A stretch of 64,000 bases of DNA from an uncultured Gammaproteobacteria bacterium (GCA_963762165.1 CAVXJN010000001.1:194242-258241); one strand, 5' to 3'; shown: positions 1 through 11,441, counted from the first letter of the stretch. Numbers and translations are program-made. Notes: generated from the sequence alone by a model not told the origin.

Positions 1-157
1 CCTCGATCACGCGGCCCACAACCACCCCTTCGAAGGCGGCAGCAGCAGGCTCGACGGAATCCACTTCCAAACCGGCCATGGTGAGCTTCTGCGCCAATTC
101 GTCGGTCGAAATCGGTGGATCGACCCATTCGCGCAACCAGCGTTCACTGAACTTCAT
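1..157 (-). CDS. pheT: Phenylalanine-tRNA ligase beta subunit, N-terminal part (runs off window)
   Basis: Manual translation from ATG at 157: [33 protein letters not shown]; directly downstream of pheS. Confidence 0.95.
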   Translation of the reverse strand, partial: MKFSERWLREWVDPPISTDELAQKLTMAGLEVDSVEPAAAAFEGVVVGRVIE

Positions 158-219
158 CGAAGGAAAATCCTTTCAGACACTTTGAATAGTCTGTTGGCGA
201 ACCAGGTCCGCCAGCGCGC

Positions 220-1296
<1,077 letters not shown>

Positions 1297-1315
1297 TTAC
1301 ACAACTGCGTCAAAA

Positions 1316-1350
1316 CAAAAAGGGGAAGGCTTCGTCGCCTTCCCCTTTTG
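1316..1350 (-). terminator. Intrinsic terminator after rplT
   Basis: AAAAGGGGAAGGC-loop-GCCTTCCCCTTTT stem followed by a T-run on the minus strand. Confidence 0.8.
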
Positions 1351-1395
1351 CCGGTTTAACGCTTTTGCGCGTACGCAGTACGCAGTGCTCTCAGC

Positions 1396-1755
1396 TTAAG
1401 CGGAAAGGCTGGCCTTGGCCTGCTCAGCCAAAGCCGCAAACGCCACCTTGTCGAACACCGCGATATCGGCCAACACCTTGCGGTCGACTTCCACGTTCGC
1501 TTTGCGCAGGCCGTCGATCAGACGGCTGTAGGACAAACCGTTTTCACGCGCAGCGGCATTGATCCGCACGATCCAAAGGGCACGGAATTGGCGCTTGCGT
1601 TGGCGGCGATCCCGGTACGCATATTGACCGGCCTTGGTGACAGCCTGCTTGGCAACCCGGAACGCTTTGCGCCGGGCGCCATAATAGCCTTTGGCCTTAT
1701 CCAAAACCTTCTTGTGCTTGGCGTGGGCTGTTACGCCTCTCTTTACTCGCGACAT
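1396..1755 (-). CDS. rplT: 50S ribosomal protein L20
   Basis: MSRVKRGV...[23 protein letters not shown]. Confidence 0.98.
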   Translation of the reverse strand: MSRVKRGVTAHAKHKKVLDKAKGYYGARRKAFRVAKQAVTKAGQYAYRDRRQRKRQFRALWIVRINAAARENGLSYSRLIDGLRKANVEVDRKVLADIAVFDKVAFAALAEQAKASLSA

Positions 1756-1769
1756 GTCTTATCCCTCCC

Positions 1770-1967
1770 TTAAACGAAAGGCAGCATGCGACGTACGGCA
1801 GCCGTGTCGGCGTCGTGGACCATCTGGCCCGAACGCAACTGGCGTTTACGCTTGCTGTCCTTTTTGGTCAGGATATGACGATGGTGCGACTGGCCACGCT
1901 TGAAACCGCCCGAGGCGGTTGCACGAAAGCGCTTGGCCGCGCCACGATTACTCTTCATTTTCGGCAT
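1770..1967 (-). CDS. rpmI: 50S ribosomal protein L35
   Basis: [14 protein letters not shown]...HILTKK; start trimmed to ATG at 1967. Confidence 0.97.
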   Translation of the reverse strand: MPKMKSNRGAAKRFRATASGGFKRGQSHHRHILTKKDSKRKRQLRSGQMVHDADTAAVRRMLPFV

Positions 1968-2020
1968 TGCTACAAACTCCGCATTTGAGGTTTCGAGTCC
2001 AGGCGTTCCCGACCGCGTGG

Positions 2021-2548
2021 TCACTTGGTCTTTTTCGGAGACAGCACCATCACCATCTGACGGCCTTCCATCTTGGGAAACTGCTCGACCGTTGCATACT
2101 CCTCGAGGTCCTTTTCGACCCGTTGCAGTAACTCGCGGCCCAGCTCCTGGTGCGCCATTTCGCGTCCGCGAAAGCGCAGTGTTACCTTCGCTTTATCACC
2201 TTCCGACAGGAAACGTACCAGGTTGCGAAGTTTTACCCGGTAATCTCCTTCGTCCGTCCCGGGACGAAACTTGATCTCCTTGACTTGGATCTGCTTCTGC
2301 TTCTTACGCGCAGCCTGCAGTTTCTTGCTCTGCTCGAACTTGTATTTGCCGTAATCCATGATCCGGCAAACGGGAGGCTCAGCGTTTGGCGCAACCTCCA
2401 CAAGATCGAGCTCAGCTTCTTCCGCCATGCGCAGTGCCTCTTCAATGGACACTACGCCGGCTTGTTCACCTTCGGCATCGATCAGGCGCACTTCGCGCTC
2501 GGTGATTTGATCGTTCAGCCGTGTTTTGTTGCCCTTTGGAGCAGCGAT
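2021..2548 (-). CDS. infC: Translation initiation factor IF-3 with non-canonical ATC start
   Basis: [30 protein letters not shown]; the open frame extends to GGAGGATTGAAAT-ATC directly after the thrS stop. Confidence 0.93.
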   Translation of the reverse strand: MAAPKGNKTRLNDQITEREVRLIDAEGEQAGVVSIEEALRMAEEAELDLVEVAPNAEPPVCRIMDYGKYKFEQSKKLQAARKKQKQIQVKEIKFRPGTDEGDYRVKLRNLVRFLSEGDKAKVTLRFRGREMAHQELGRELLQRVEKDLEEYATVEQFPKMEGRQMVMVLSPKKTK

Positions 2549-2551
2549 ATT

Positions 2552-4477
2552 TCAATCCTCCGAAATAGTTAGACCGCGGCTCGCGATTTCACGGGAGAGA
2601 TGGTCGCCAAAGTCTGCAAGCGACATAGAGCCCAAATCTTCTCCCGCACGCGTGCGCACGGCCACAGAACCGGATTCAACTTCCCGGTCACCCACCACCA
2701 GCAGATAGGGCACCCGCTGGATTGTATGTTCGCGAATTTTAAAGCCGATCTTCTCGTTTCTCAAGTCCGACCGGGCCCTAACGCCCTTATTTTTCAAAAA
2801 TTCTTCCACTTGCCGGACATAATCGGCCTGGCGGTCGGTGATATTGGCCACAACCACCTGGGTCGGCGCCAGCCAGACCGGGAACGCACCAGCATGGTGC
2901 TCGATGAGGATGCCGATGAACCGTTCCATGGAACCGAGAATGGCCCGGTGCAGCATGACCGGCGTGTGGCGGTCGCCGTCTTCACCCACGTACTCCGCTC
3001 CGAGACGGCCCGGCATGGAGAAATCCACTTGAATAGTGCCGCATTGCCACACCCGCTCCAGGCAGTCACGCAGGGAGAATTCGATCTTGGGACCGTAGAA
3101 CGCGCCTTCGCCCGGCTGCAGGTCCCATTCCAGGCCCTTGGCGTTCAACGCGGTCTCCAGAGCGTGCTCGGCTTTGTCCCAGATTTCATCGGAACCCACC
3201 CGCTGCGGCGGCCGGGTGGATAGCTTGACGATGACGTCGTTGAAGCCGAAATCCTTGTAGACGCCGAACAACAGATCGATGAAATCCGAAACCTCGGATT
3301 GGATCTGCTCTTCCGTGCAGAAGATATGGGCGTCGTCTTGCGTAAATCCCCGCACCCGCATCAGACCGTGCAGCGTACCCGAAGGTTCGTTGCGATGGCA
3401 GGAGCCGAATTCCGCCATCCGCAGCGGCAGATCCCGGTAGCTCTTCAGGCCCTGATTGAAGATCTGCACATGGCAGGGACAGTTCATGGGCTTGATGGCA
3501 AAGGTGCGCTTTTCCGATTCCGTGGTGAACATGTCTTCACGGAACTTTTCCCAGTGCCCCGATTTTTCCCACAGCGCCCGGTCGGCCAGACTCGGCGTAT
3601 GCACCTCCCGGTAATCGGCTTTGCGCAGGCGGTCGCGGATATAGGACTGGATCGCCAGATAGATCTGCCAGCCGGCGTCGTGCCAGAACACCATGCCCGG
3701 CGCCTCTTCCTGGGTATGAAACAGGTCCATCGCCTTGCCGATGCGGCGATGGTCGCGTTTCTCGGCTTCTTCCAAACGATGCAGATAGCTCTTGAGCGCT
3801 TTCTTGTCGCTCCAAGCGGTGCCGTAAATGCGTTGCAGCATTTCGTTGTCGGAATCGCCGCGCCAATACGCGCCCGCCAACTTCATCAACTTGAAGGCTT
3901 TCAACTTGCCGGTACTGGGCACATGGGGGCCGCGGCAAAGATCGATGAAGTCACCCTGGCGATAAAGCGAGATCTGTTGGTCTTTGGGAATGTCTTCGAT
4001 GATTTCGGCCTTGTACTCCTCGCCCATGTCACGGAAGAATTGCACCGCCTCATCGCGCGGCATGACCGTGCGCTCGACCTTCTCATCGCGCTTGGCCAGT
4101 TCTTCCATGCGCTGTTCGATCTTTTCGAGATCTTCCGGCGAGAAGCCTTTTTCGTAGGCAAAGTCGTAATAGAAGCCGTTGTCGATCACCGGGCCGATGG
4201 TGACCTGCGCTTCGGGATACAGTTGCTTGACCGCCTGCGCCAGCAGATGGGCAGTGGAGTGGCGGATCACGTCCACGCCTTCCGGGTCACGCTCGGTGAC
4301 GATCGCTACTTCGGCGTCGTGATCGATACAAAAAGAGGTGTCCACCAGCCGGCCGTCGACCTTGCCGGCCAGTGCAGACTTGGCCAGTCCGGCGCCGATA
4401 TCGGCGGCCACTTCGGCCACGGTCACGGGATGGGGAAATTCACGGCGGCTGCCGTCAGGCAGTGTAATGCTAGGCAT
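2552..4477 (-). CDS. thrS: Threonine-tRNA ligase
   Basis: ITLPDGS (TGS domain), [28 protein letters not shown]. Confidence 0.98.
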   Translation of the reverse strand: MPSITLPDGSRREFPHPVTVAEVAADIGAGLAKSALAGKVDGRLVDTSFCIDHDAEVAIVTERDPEGVDVIRHSTAHLLAQAVKQLYPEAQVTIGPVIDNGFYYDFAYEKGFSPEDLEKIEQRMEELAKRDEKVERTVMPRDEAVQFFRDMGEEYKAEIIEDIPKDQQISLYRQGDFIDLCRGPHVPSTGKLKAFKLMKLAGAYWRGDSDNEMLQRIYGTAWSDKKALKSYLHRLEEAEKRDHRRIGKAMDLFHTQEEAPGMVFWHDAGWQIYLAIQSYIRDRLRKADYREVHTPSLADRALWEKSGHWEKFREDMFTTESEKRTFAIKPMNCPCHVQIFNQGLKSYRDLPLRMAEFGSCHRNEPSGTLHGLMRVRGFTQDDAHIFCTEEQIQSEVSDFIDLLFGVYKDFGFNDVIVKLSTRPPQRVGSDEIWDKAEHALETALNAKGLEWDLQPGEGAFYGPKIEFSLRDCLERVWQCGTIQVDFSMPGRLGAEYVGEDGDRHTPVMLHRAILGSMERFIGILIEHHAGAFPVWLAPTQVVVANITDRQADYVRQVEEFLKNKGVRARSDLRNEKIGFKIREHTIQRVPYLLVVGDREVESGSVAVRTRAGEDLGSMSLADFGDHLSREIASRGLTISED

Positions 4478-4495
4478 GTTGTCACCCTTTCGTGT

Positions 4496-4593
4496 CAGTG
4501 GCGACCGCTACGAGGGGCCGCTTGGTTTTGCAAGACGGCCGCTACGAGGAGCCGTCTTGATACACCGTGGCGGCCGCTACCAAGGGCCGCCAC
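4496..4593 (-). promoter_or_regulatory. thrS translational operator with three tRNA-Thr anticodon-arm mimics
   Basis: Three related stem-loops in the leader with loops containing UUGGUA (4567-4593), CUCGUA (4531-4559) and CUCGUA (4496-4524). Confidence 0.75.
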
Positions 4594-4614
4594 AGGGTCT
4601 GATCGCTGCAAAAT

Positions 4615-4691
4615 TGGTAGGCGCGATTGGACTCGAACCAACGACCCCCACCATGTCAAGGTGGTGCTCTAACCAGCTGAGCTACGCGCCT
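4615..4691 (-). tRNA. tRNA-Val(GAC)
   Basis: AGGCGCGTAGCTCAGCTGGTTAGAGCACCACC-TTGACAT-GGTGG...GTTCGAGTC...CCA; 77-nt cloverleaf. Confidence 0.97.
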
Positions 4692-4702
4692 AAAGAGGGC
4701 AT

Positions 4703-4732
4703 ACGATACCGGATTTGGGGGCGGTTAGACAA
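4703..4732 (-). promoter_or_regulatory. Putative sigma70 promoter of tRNA-Val/thrS
   Basis: TTGTCT-N18-TATCGT ending 11 nt upstream of the tRNA 5' end. Confidence 0.5.
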
Positions 4733-4752
4733 GCAGCGGATGAAGGCACCGA

Positions 4753-4893
4753 CGGCGGCCACCATCGCGACCGTAGGGCGAGCGCGCGGACCACCGTACG
4801 TCCCCTAAATACGGCGGCCATTAGCGCGCCCTTTGGTCATTCTTGCGACGAAACCCCCGCATCATCGCGGCCATAGGGCGCGCGATGCGCCCC
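4753..4893. repeat. Cluster of degenerate REP-like palindromes
   Basis: GTAGGGCGAGC.. at 4773, an inverted copy at 4813-4833, ATAG-GGCGCGC-GAT-GCGCCCC at 4873-4893. Confidence 0.55.
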
Positions 4894-5085
4894 GGGGGGT
4901 GCCCCAACAGGTGTCGAAACCTTTTGATGGCGGGGCAATAGCCCGCCCTGTGAGCCACGCTGTCGGCCCGTTATGCCACATTTGGGGTCAACGGCGCGAC
5001 ATCGGGCGCGCTGGGCGCGCAGTTTGGGTCGAGCGAGCGCACCGATCCCGCCACCCCGACCCTGACAGACATCAATACGCCTGCT

Positions 5086-5103
5086 TTCAGGTTTAGTTAA
5101 GGT
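5086..5103 (+). promoter_or_regulatory. Tandem direct repeat, possible OmpR/PhoB-family regulator site
   Basis: TTCAGGT..TTAAGGT with 11-bp period, upstream of a CACAAT -10-like hexamer and the efflux operon. Confidence 0.4.
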
Positions 5104-5146
5104 CCGGTTGACACAATCCGCGCTGCTGAACCGATGGGCGAGTTCA

Positions 5147-6415
5147 ATGAACGCATTTCGATACACCACCACTTTACTCATTGCCGTCATGTGTTGGAAC
5201 GTGACGGCCCGCGCTGCCGAAACGGAATCGCAAGGGCCGCATACCAATGCGGACAGCACCAGCTATGGCGGTCCTGCGCCCACACTATCGGAAGTGGTCG
5301 CACGAGCCTATGAGCGCTATCCGGAACAACCGCTTGCAGCGAGCCGGCGTGATTACGCCATGGCGCTATCGCGCCAAGCCCGCAGCCCGATCGCCGGCAA
5401 CCCGGCACTGTCGGCGCGGTACCAGACCGACCAGGCGGGTTCGGATGTGGGTTTGCGGGAATGGGAAGCCGGTATCGAGCTGCCATTGTGGCGCCCCGGT
5501 CAACGCAAGGCACGGCAGCAACTCGGCGAACGCACCGGGAGCGTGGCGGAAGCCGCCGCAAATGCAGTACGACTGGAAGTCGCCGGCAAGGTTCGAGAAG
5601 CGGTGTGGATGGTTTTCATGGCCCGCAACAACCTTGCACAGGCTGAACATGAATGGCAGACCGCCCAGGCATTGGAACAGGACGTGCGTAAACGGGTTTC
5701 CCTGGGAGAGCTGGCCAAGACCGACCTGTTGCTGGCGCAGGACGAAACCTTCAACAAACGAGACGTTTATTTGAATGCGGAGGCCGAAGTCGCCCATGCC
5801 GTGCAGCGCTACGAAGCACTTACCGGCTTGCGCAGTCTGCCGCGTCGCAAAGCGGAATCCAAAAGCGTCCTGAAAGCCGTACCCGCGGATCATCCACTAC
5901 TGGTCTATCGCCGGGCGGAGTTGGAACGAACCCGCGCACAAGTCGCGGTGGCCCGGCGCGAGGGGGCGGAACCGCCACAAGTGCTGTTCGGCGCCCGCCA
6001 GGAAAAGGCCGGTCTGGGCGCTGATCCGGTCAACAGCGTCGGTGTTTCCGTGCGCTGGCCTTTGTCCAGCAAAGTACAGAGCGCACCGCGCATCCGGTCT
6101 TCGCAACTGGAGGTGACCCAGGCCCAAGCGCAGCTGCTAACCGCCCAGCGACGACTGCAGATCGATTTTCACGAAGCCCAACACGAGCTCGAAGTGCTCG
6201 ATCAACGCCTGTTGACGGCGCAAGAGAAGGCCAAGGTGGCGCGGGAAAACCTGCGTCTCGCGCAACTGTCCTTTTCGCTCGGCGAGAGTGACCTGGTCAG
6301 CCGCCTGCGCATTCAAACGCTGGCCTTTGCGGCCGAACGCGCCGAGCGCGAACTGCAACTGCGCCGGCAAACCGCCATCGCACGTTACAACCAAGTCGTC
6401 GGAGAATTGCCATGA
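5147..6415 (+). CDS. TolC/CzcC-family outer-membrane efflux protein
   Basis: Signal peptide, helical repeats, ..ARENLRLAQLSFSLGESDL.. pattern; first gene of an OMF-MFP-RND operon. Confidence 0.88.
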   Translation: MNAFRYTTTLLIAVMCWNVTARAAETESQGPHTNADSTSYGGPAPTLSEVVARAYERYPEQPLAASRRDYAMALSRQARSPIAGNPALSARYQTDQAGSDVGLREWEAGIELPLWRPGQRKARQQLGERTGSVAEAAANAVRLEVAGKVREAVWMVFMARNNLAQAEHEWQTAQALEQDVRKRVSLGELAKTDLLLAQDETFNKRDVYLNAEAEVAHAVQRYEALTGLRSLPRRKAESKSVLKAVPADHPLLVYRRAELERTRAQVAVARREGAEPPQVLFGARQEKAGLGADPVNSVGVSVRWPLSSKVQSAPRIRSSQLEVTQAQAQLLTAQRRLQIDFHEAQHELEVLDQRLLTAQEKAKVARENLRLAQLSFSLGESDLVSRLRIQTLAFAAERAERELQLRRQTAIARYNQVVGELP

Positions 6416-7500
6416 AGGGATGGATTATCGGGTTGGGAATGCTGGTGAGTTCGGTTGCATTTGCATCCCACGAAATCGCCATCAACCAAGAGCAAATGGA
6501 CCGCCTCGGCATCGCCCTTGGCCCGGTCGAGTCTGCCCGGGCACTGGTCACCGACCGTCTCCCCAGCCAGGTGGTCATTCCGCCCCAGCAGGAACGGGTG
6601 GTGAGCGCGCCCCAAAGCGGCCTGGTGACGGAGTTGCGCGCAGCCGTCGGCGATGCGGTGAAGGCCGGGCAGGTGCTGGCGACCATAGACAGCCCCGAGT
6701 TGGTCACGCTGCAGCGGGATTTCCTCCAGGCAGCCACCCAGACGCACCTCGCCCGAACACAACTGCAGCGCGATCAACGCCTGGTGGATGAAGGCATCAT
6801 CGCCGAGCGCCGGTATCTGGAAACCCGCAGCCGCTACGAAGAGGCCGCTGCGGGATTGGAGCAACGACGCCAGGCGCTGGGCCTGTCGGGCATGAGCGCC
6901 GATGCCATCGAGCAACTCCAACGACACCGCAAATTGACCAGTGCCCTGCAGGTCACAGCGCCCATCGCCGGCGTGATTTTGGAACAGCAAGTGGTCGTCG
7001 GTCAGCGACTCAACTCCGCCGAACCCTTGTACCGCATCGGGCAGCTTGAACCGCTCTGGCTTGAAATACGCGTCCCGGTGGATCGCCTTTCCGGGGTCGC
7101 ACCCGGCACGGAAGTACAAATCGCTTCGTGTCCGGACGCCACCGCTCGAGTAAGCGTAATCGGCCAGAACGTCGAGCGTGAAAGTCAAACCGCTCTGGTC
7201 CGCGCCAGCGTCCGGGACGCCAAAGGTTGTTTGCGCCCGGGCCAATTTCTGCAGGTGAGTTTGCACCTTGTCAGCGACACTGCGCATTTCAAGGTTGCCC
7301 AGAGCGCAGTGATCCGAAGCGGCGAACGAAGTTTCGTGTTCGTGCACGAGCCCAACGGATTCGTTCCTATCCCGGTGGAACTGGTGGGCCGGGACGCGGC
7401 CTACGCCGTGGTAAGCGGAGCCTTGAACACCGATCAGCAAATCGCCGTCAGCGGTCTCGCAGCAATCAAGGCGGCCTGGCTGGGCATGGGAGGCGAATGA
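6412..7500 (+). CDS. RND efflux periplasmic adaptor (CzcB/CusB-like)
   Basis: VSAPQSGLV..VGDAVKAGQVLATIDSPEL and VTAPIAGVI lipoyl-like halves, LRPGQF. Confidence 0.92.
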   Translation: MKGWIIGLGMLVSSVAFASHEIAINQEQMDRLGIALGPVESARALVTDRLPSQVVIPPQQERVVSAPQSGLVTELRAAVGDAVKAGQVLATIDSPELVTLQRDFLQAATQTHLARTQLQRDQRLVDEGIIAERRYLETRSRYEEAAAGLEQRRQALGLSGMSADAIEQLQRHRKLTSALQVTAPIAGVILEQQVVVGQRLNSAEPLYRIGQLEPLWLEIRVPVDRLSGVAPGTEVQIASCPDATARVSVIGQNVERESQTALVRASVRDAKGCLRPGQFLQVSLHLVSDTAHFKVAQSAVIRSGERSFVFVHEPNGFVPIPVELVGRDAAYAVVSGALNTDQQIAVSGLAAIKAAWLGMGGE

Positions 7501-10500
7501 TGCTCGGCCGCTTGATTCAGTTCGCGCTCACACAGCGGGTGTTCGTGCTGCTGCTGCTGGTGTTGTTGACCGTGGGTGGCGGGTTTGCCTGGGTCAACCT
7601 GCCCATCGACGCTTTCCCGGACGTCTCCGCGCCGCAGGTGAAAGTAATCGTCAAGGCGCCGGGCATGACGCCGCGGGAAGTGGAGCAGCGGATCACTGCG
7701 CCCATCGAGGTGGAAATGCTCGGCATCCCGAAGCAGACCATGCTGCGCTCGGTGGCCAAATATGCGGTCACGGTAGTGACCGTGGACTTCGAGGAAGGCA
7801 CCGATATCTATTGGGCGCGCCAGCAGGTCTCGGAACGGCTCTCGGGCATCTGGAGTGATCTGCCGGCCGGCATCAGCGGCGGCATGGCGCCGTTGACCAC
7901 GCCGCTGGGCGAAATGTTCATGTTCACCATCGAGGGCGGCGACCTGTCTCTTGCCGAGCGGCGCACCCTGCTGGACTGGACCATTAGGCCGGCGCTGCGG
8001 ACGGTTTCCGGCGTAGCCGATGTAAACGCACTCGGGGGCATGGTACGTACATTCGAGATCGTGCCCGACAACACGCGCATGAACGCCCGTGGCGTGACCC
8101 TTGCAGCGCTCAAACGCGCGCTCATGGAAAACAACCGCAATGACGGCGCCGGCCGACTGGTGGAAAACGAGGAAGCACTGCTGGTGCGCTCGGAAGGCAG
8201 CATCAAGAATCTGGATGATGTACGCGATATCGTCATCCAGTCGAGCGGTCAAGTACCGGTGCGGATCGGCGATGTGGCCGAGGTGCGAATCGGCGCACTG
8301 ACGCGCTACGGAGCCGTCACTGGCGCCGGTCGCGGGGAAGTGGTCGAAGGCCTGGTGCTGGGATTGCGCGGCGCCAATGCACGCACCGTGGTGGAGAACG
8401 TCAAGACCAAGCTCGCCGAGTTGGAAAAAGGGTTCCCGAAAGGCGTACATGCGCGCGTGCTGTACGATCGCAGCGATCTGGTGCGCAGCGCGGTGGACAC
8501 GGTCCGCAGTGCCCTCGAAGAGGCCATCGTCCTGGTTCTGGTACTGCTGGTACTGCTGCTGGGCAACCTCCGTGCGGCGTTGACGGTGGCGCTGATCCTG
8601 CCGTTCTCGGCCTTGATCACCTTCATCCTCATGCGTCAGTTCGGGCTGTCCGCAAACCTGATGAGCCTCGGCGGGCTGGCGATCGCCATCGGCATGCTGG
8701 TGGACGCCGCCGTGGTGGTTGTGGAGAACGTTGTCGCGCAGCTGGAGGCGGCCGGCGACAGCCGCCTGCCGCGCCTGCATATCATCCAGCGCGCCGTGCG
8801 GGAAGTGGCAGTGCCGGTCACCTCGGGCATTCTGATCATCATCATCGTGTTCCTGCCGCTGCTGACGCTGCAGGGATTGGAAGGCAAGTTGTTCATCCCG
8901 GTGGCGCTGACCATCGTGTTCGCATTGGCCGGTTCGTTATTGTTGTCGTTGACCGCGATTCCGGTGCTCTCGAGTCTTCTGATCGGCAAGGTGAGCCACC
9001 GCGAACCAATCACCGTGCGCGCCCTGCGCCGGGTCTACGAGCCGGCGTTGACCTGGAGCCTCTCCCACGGGCGTACAGTGATCGTGATCGCCGTGGTGGC
9101 GCTGATCGCAACGGGATTCGTGTTCACGCGCATCGGCAAGACCTTCATGCCCACCATGGATGAAGGCACCGTCGTGATCCAAACCGAAAAGCTGCCGTCC
9201 ATCAGCCTGGAAGAGTCTCTGGCGATCGACCAGCGCATCGCCGCCGCGCTCAAAGCCGCAGTGCCGGATGTGGAAGACATCGTCGCCCGCACCGGCTCCG
9301 ATGAACTGGGCATGGACCCCATGGGCCTGAACGAGACCGACATGTTCCTGCGGCTCAAGCCGCGCGAACAGTGGCAGGCGAACAGCAAGGAAGAAGTACT
9401 GGCGTCGCTGCGCAAAGTCATGCAGGGCTTCGCCGGGGTCAACTTCGCCTTCACCCAACCGATCCAGATGCGGGTGTCCGAAATGCTCACCGGCGTGCGG
9501 GGTGACGTGGCGGTGAAAATCATCGGCACCGACTTGAAAGCCCTGAACGAACAAGCGACCAAACTGGCGGCATTGCTGGAGTCCATCGACGGCGCCCAGG
9601 AGGTCATCTACACCCGCAATGAAGGCGTGCAGTACCTCAAGGTCGACATTGACCGGCTCGCTGCCGGTCGGGTCGGGCTGTCGGTCGACACCCTGGAGGA
9701 GATGCTGCGCGCGCAGCTGGAAGGAACCGCCGGCGGTACGGTATATGAAGGGATTCGGCGAACGCCGTTGCTGATTCGCGGCTCTGACGTGCTGCGTCGT
9801 TCACCGAGCGAATTCGAGTCCCTGCGCATTCCGCTGGACAACGGCGGTCTGTTGCCGATCCGGGCCGTGGCCAAGCTGCAACGTGTGGAAGAAGAAGTGA
9901 AAGTCGAGCGCGAGCTCGCCCAACGCATGGCGGTGGTGGCCGCCAATGTCGGCGGTCGGGATCTGGTGGGCTTCGTCGAAGAGGCACAGCGCAAGGCCGC
10001 CGAACAGCTCAAACTTCCGGCCGGCTATTACCTTGAATGGAGCGGCGAGTTCGAAAACCAGCAGCGCGCGGCGAAACGACTGTCCATTGTCGTGCCGGTT
10101 TCCATCGGCCTGATCTTTCTGCTGCTGTTCACGACCTTCCGTTCGGTCATGCAAGCGGTGCTGGTGCTGCTGAACATCCCCTTCGCCATGATCGGCGGGG
10201 TATTCGCGCTATGGATCTCCGGCGAATATCTGTCGGTTCCCGCATCCGTGGGCTTCATCGCCCTGCTCGGTATCGCAGTGCTCAACGGGGTGGTGATGCT
10301 CACCTACTTCAATCAGCTGCGCGCGTTCGGCATGCCCTTGGCGGAAGTGGTGGTGGAAGGCGCGAAACGGCGATTGCGGCCGGTCATGATGACCGCCAGC
10401 ATCGCCGCATTCGGCCTGGTGCCTTTGCTGTTTGCCAGCGGCCCCGGTTCCGAGATCCAGCGGCCGCTGGCGGTAGTAGTGATCGGCGGCCTGGTGACCT

Positions 10501-10589
10501 CCACGCTGCTGACCCTGGTGCTGCTGCCGGTTCTTTATCGACGCTTCGGACACGCGGGAATCAACCGCGAAGGTGACCGAGATGAATGA
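7497..10589 (+). CDS. CusA/CzcA-family heavy-metal efflux RND permease
   Basis: LPIDAFPDVS, NLMSLGGLAIAIGMLVDAAVVVVEN, RLRPVMMTA, GSEIQRPLA; ATGA overlap with the adaptor gene. Confidence 0.95.
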   Translation: MMLGRLIQFALTQRVFVLLLLVLLTVGGGFAWVNLPIDAFPDVSAPQVKVIVKAPGMTPREVEQRITAPIEVEMLGIPKQTMLRSVAKYAVTVVTVDFEEGTDIYWARQQVSERLSGIWSDLPAGISGGMAPLTTPLGEMFMFTIEGGDLSLAERRTLLDWTIRPALRTVSGVADVNALGGMVRTFEIVPDNTRMNARGVTLAALKRALMENNRNDGAGRLVENEEALLVRSEGSIKNLDDVRDIVIQSSGQVPVRIGDVAEVRIGALTRYGAVTGAGRGEVVEGLVLGLRGANARTVVENVKTKLAELEKGFPKGVHARVLYDRSDLVRSAVDTVRSALEEAIVLVLVLLVLLLGNLRAALTVALILPFSALITFILMRQFGLSANLMSLGGLAIAIGMLVDAAVVVVENVVAQLEAAGDSRLPRLHIIQRAVREVAVPVTSGILIIIIVFLPLLTLQGLEGKLFIPVALTIVFALAGSLLLSLTAIPVLSSLLIGKVSHREPITVRALRRVYEPALTWSLSHGRTVIVIAVVALIATGFVFTRIGKTFMPTMDEGTVVIQTEKLPSISLEESLAIDQRIAAALKAAVPDVEDIVARTGSDELGMDPMGLNETDMFLRLKPREQWQANSKEEVLASLRKVMQGFAGVNFAFTQPIQMRVSEMLTGVRGDVAVKIIGTDLKALNEQATKLAALLESIDGAQEVIYTRNEGVQYLKVDIDRLAAGRVGLSVDTLEEMLRAQLEGTAGGTVYEGIRRTPLLIRGSDVLRRSPSEFESLRIPLDNGGLLPIRAVAKLQRVEEEVKVERELAQRMAVVAANVGGRDLVGFVEEAQRKAAEQLKLPAGYYLEWSGEFENQQRAAKRLSIVVPVSIGLIFLLLFTTFRSVMQAVLVLLNIPFAMIGGVFALWISGEYLSVPASVGFIALLGIAVLNGVVMLTYFNQLRAFGMPLAEVVVEGAKRRLRPVMMTASIAAFGLVPLLFASGPGSEIQRPLAVVVIGGLVTSTLLTLVLLPVLYRRFGHAGINREGDRDE

Positions 10590-10884
10590 ATGCGTACTGA
10601 CACTGATCGTGTTGCCGGAAATCGAAGACGCAGTGACCGACTGGCTGCTGGACTACCACGCCGAACTGGTGTTTACCAGCCAGCCGGTAAGCTGCCACGG
10701 TCTGCCGCACACCGAGTTGGATACCGCCGAGCAAGTCACCGGCCGCCAGCAGCGCTTGTCCATAGACGTGCAATTGCCGCTGGATGATGCCCGCGACGTG
10801 TGCGCGCGATTGCGTCAAACGTTCCCCCGCGCACCGATCCGCTATTGGATCACGCCGGTATTGGAAACCGGGCATCTCGGGTGA
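10582..10884 (+). CDS. DUF3240-family (PII-like) small protein
   Basis: LTLIV.PEIEDAVTDWLL...EQVTGR...RYWITPVLETG; overlaps the RND stop codon. Confidence 0.75.
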   Translation: MNECVLTLIVLPEIEDAVTDWLLDYHAELVFTSQPVSCHGLPHTELDTAEQVTGRQQRLSIDVQLPLDDARDVCARLRQTFPRAPIRYWITPVLETGHLG

Positions 10885-11031
10885 GCCACGCTGCCGCCGT
10901 GCGCGCCGGACCGGTCCCGATGTTCGGCGGCCAAATAGGCCGCGCTGTGATCAACCCTACCTGGGACATAGGACGCGCTGTGCGGGCCGATAAGGTCGCG
11001 GTCCACGGCGGCCAAACAGAGCCGCTGCATG

Positions 11032-11271
11032 GATTACCGCCCATCGTCGTGAATAATTTCGTTCGTCTACCGGTAGCATCCACACGCAATGCAGATGATC
11101 CGGCAACAATACCAGTGCGTCGATCTCGAAGGGATAGCGTCGTTGGCGTCGCGCGAACGCGGCCCGCAGTGCGCATCGTGCGACCGGGTTTCGGAACAGG
11201 GGTTTTCGTCGCTAGGTTACGATCGTAAAGAACCAGACGGTCCTCGCATAGTCTCGCCTATAATTCGGCAT
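11032..11271 (-). pseudogene. REP-associated tyrosine transposase (RAYT, Y1/HUH) remnant
   Basis: Manual translation MPNYRRDYARTVWFFTIVT*RRKPLF...YPFEIDALVLLPDHLHCVWMLP...YSRRWAVI; TAG at 11212-11214; C-terminal half missing. Confidence 0.88.
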
Positions 11272-11327
11272 CCCTGCCTCTCCTTGCTGCGGGTACGTCC
11301 ATGGACCCGGCGGTTCGCGGTCGTCAA

Positions 11328-11441
11328 TGGCGGACAAATAACTCGCCCTATGAGCATGCCGGCGCAACGTCGATGGCGTGTGCATAGCTCGTCTTTAACT
11401 CGAGGTCGGAGCCGCCCTTCATAGGGCGCGCTGCGCGCGCC
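11328..11441. repeat. REP-like palindromes upstream of the RAYT remnant
   Basis: ATAG-GGCGCGC-TGC-GCGCGCC at 11421-11441; degenerate inverted ATAGGGCGAG.. ending at 11351. Confidence 0.6.

Noticed and set aside
4496-4593. Mini CRISPR array
   Set aside because: Units are degenerate hairpins with spacers under 10 nt and there are no cas genes; better explained as the thrS operator
3299-4672. Long antisense ORFs (also 7434-8780, 44881-46485, 52431-54104, 54255-55538)
   Set aside because: Shadow frames of well-supported genes in GC-rich DNA, with no recognisable motifs
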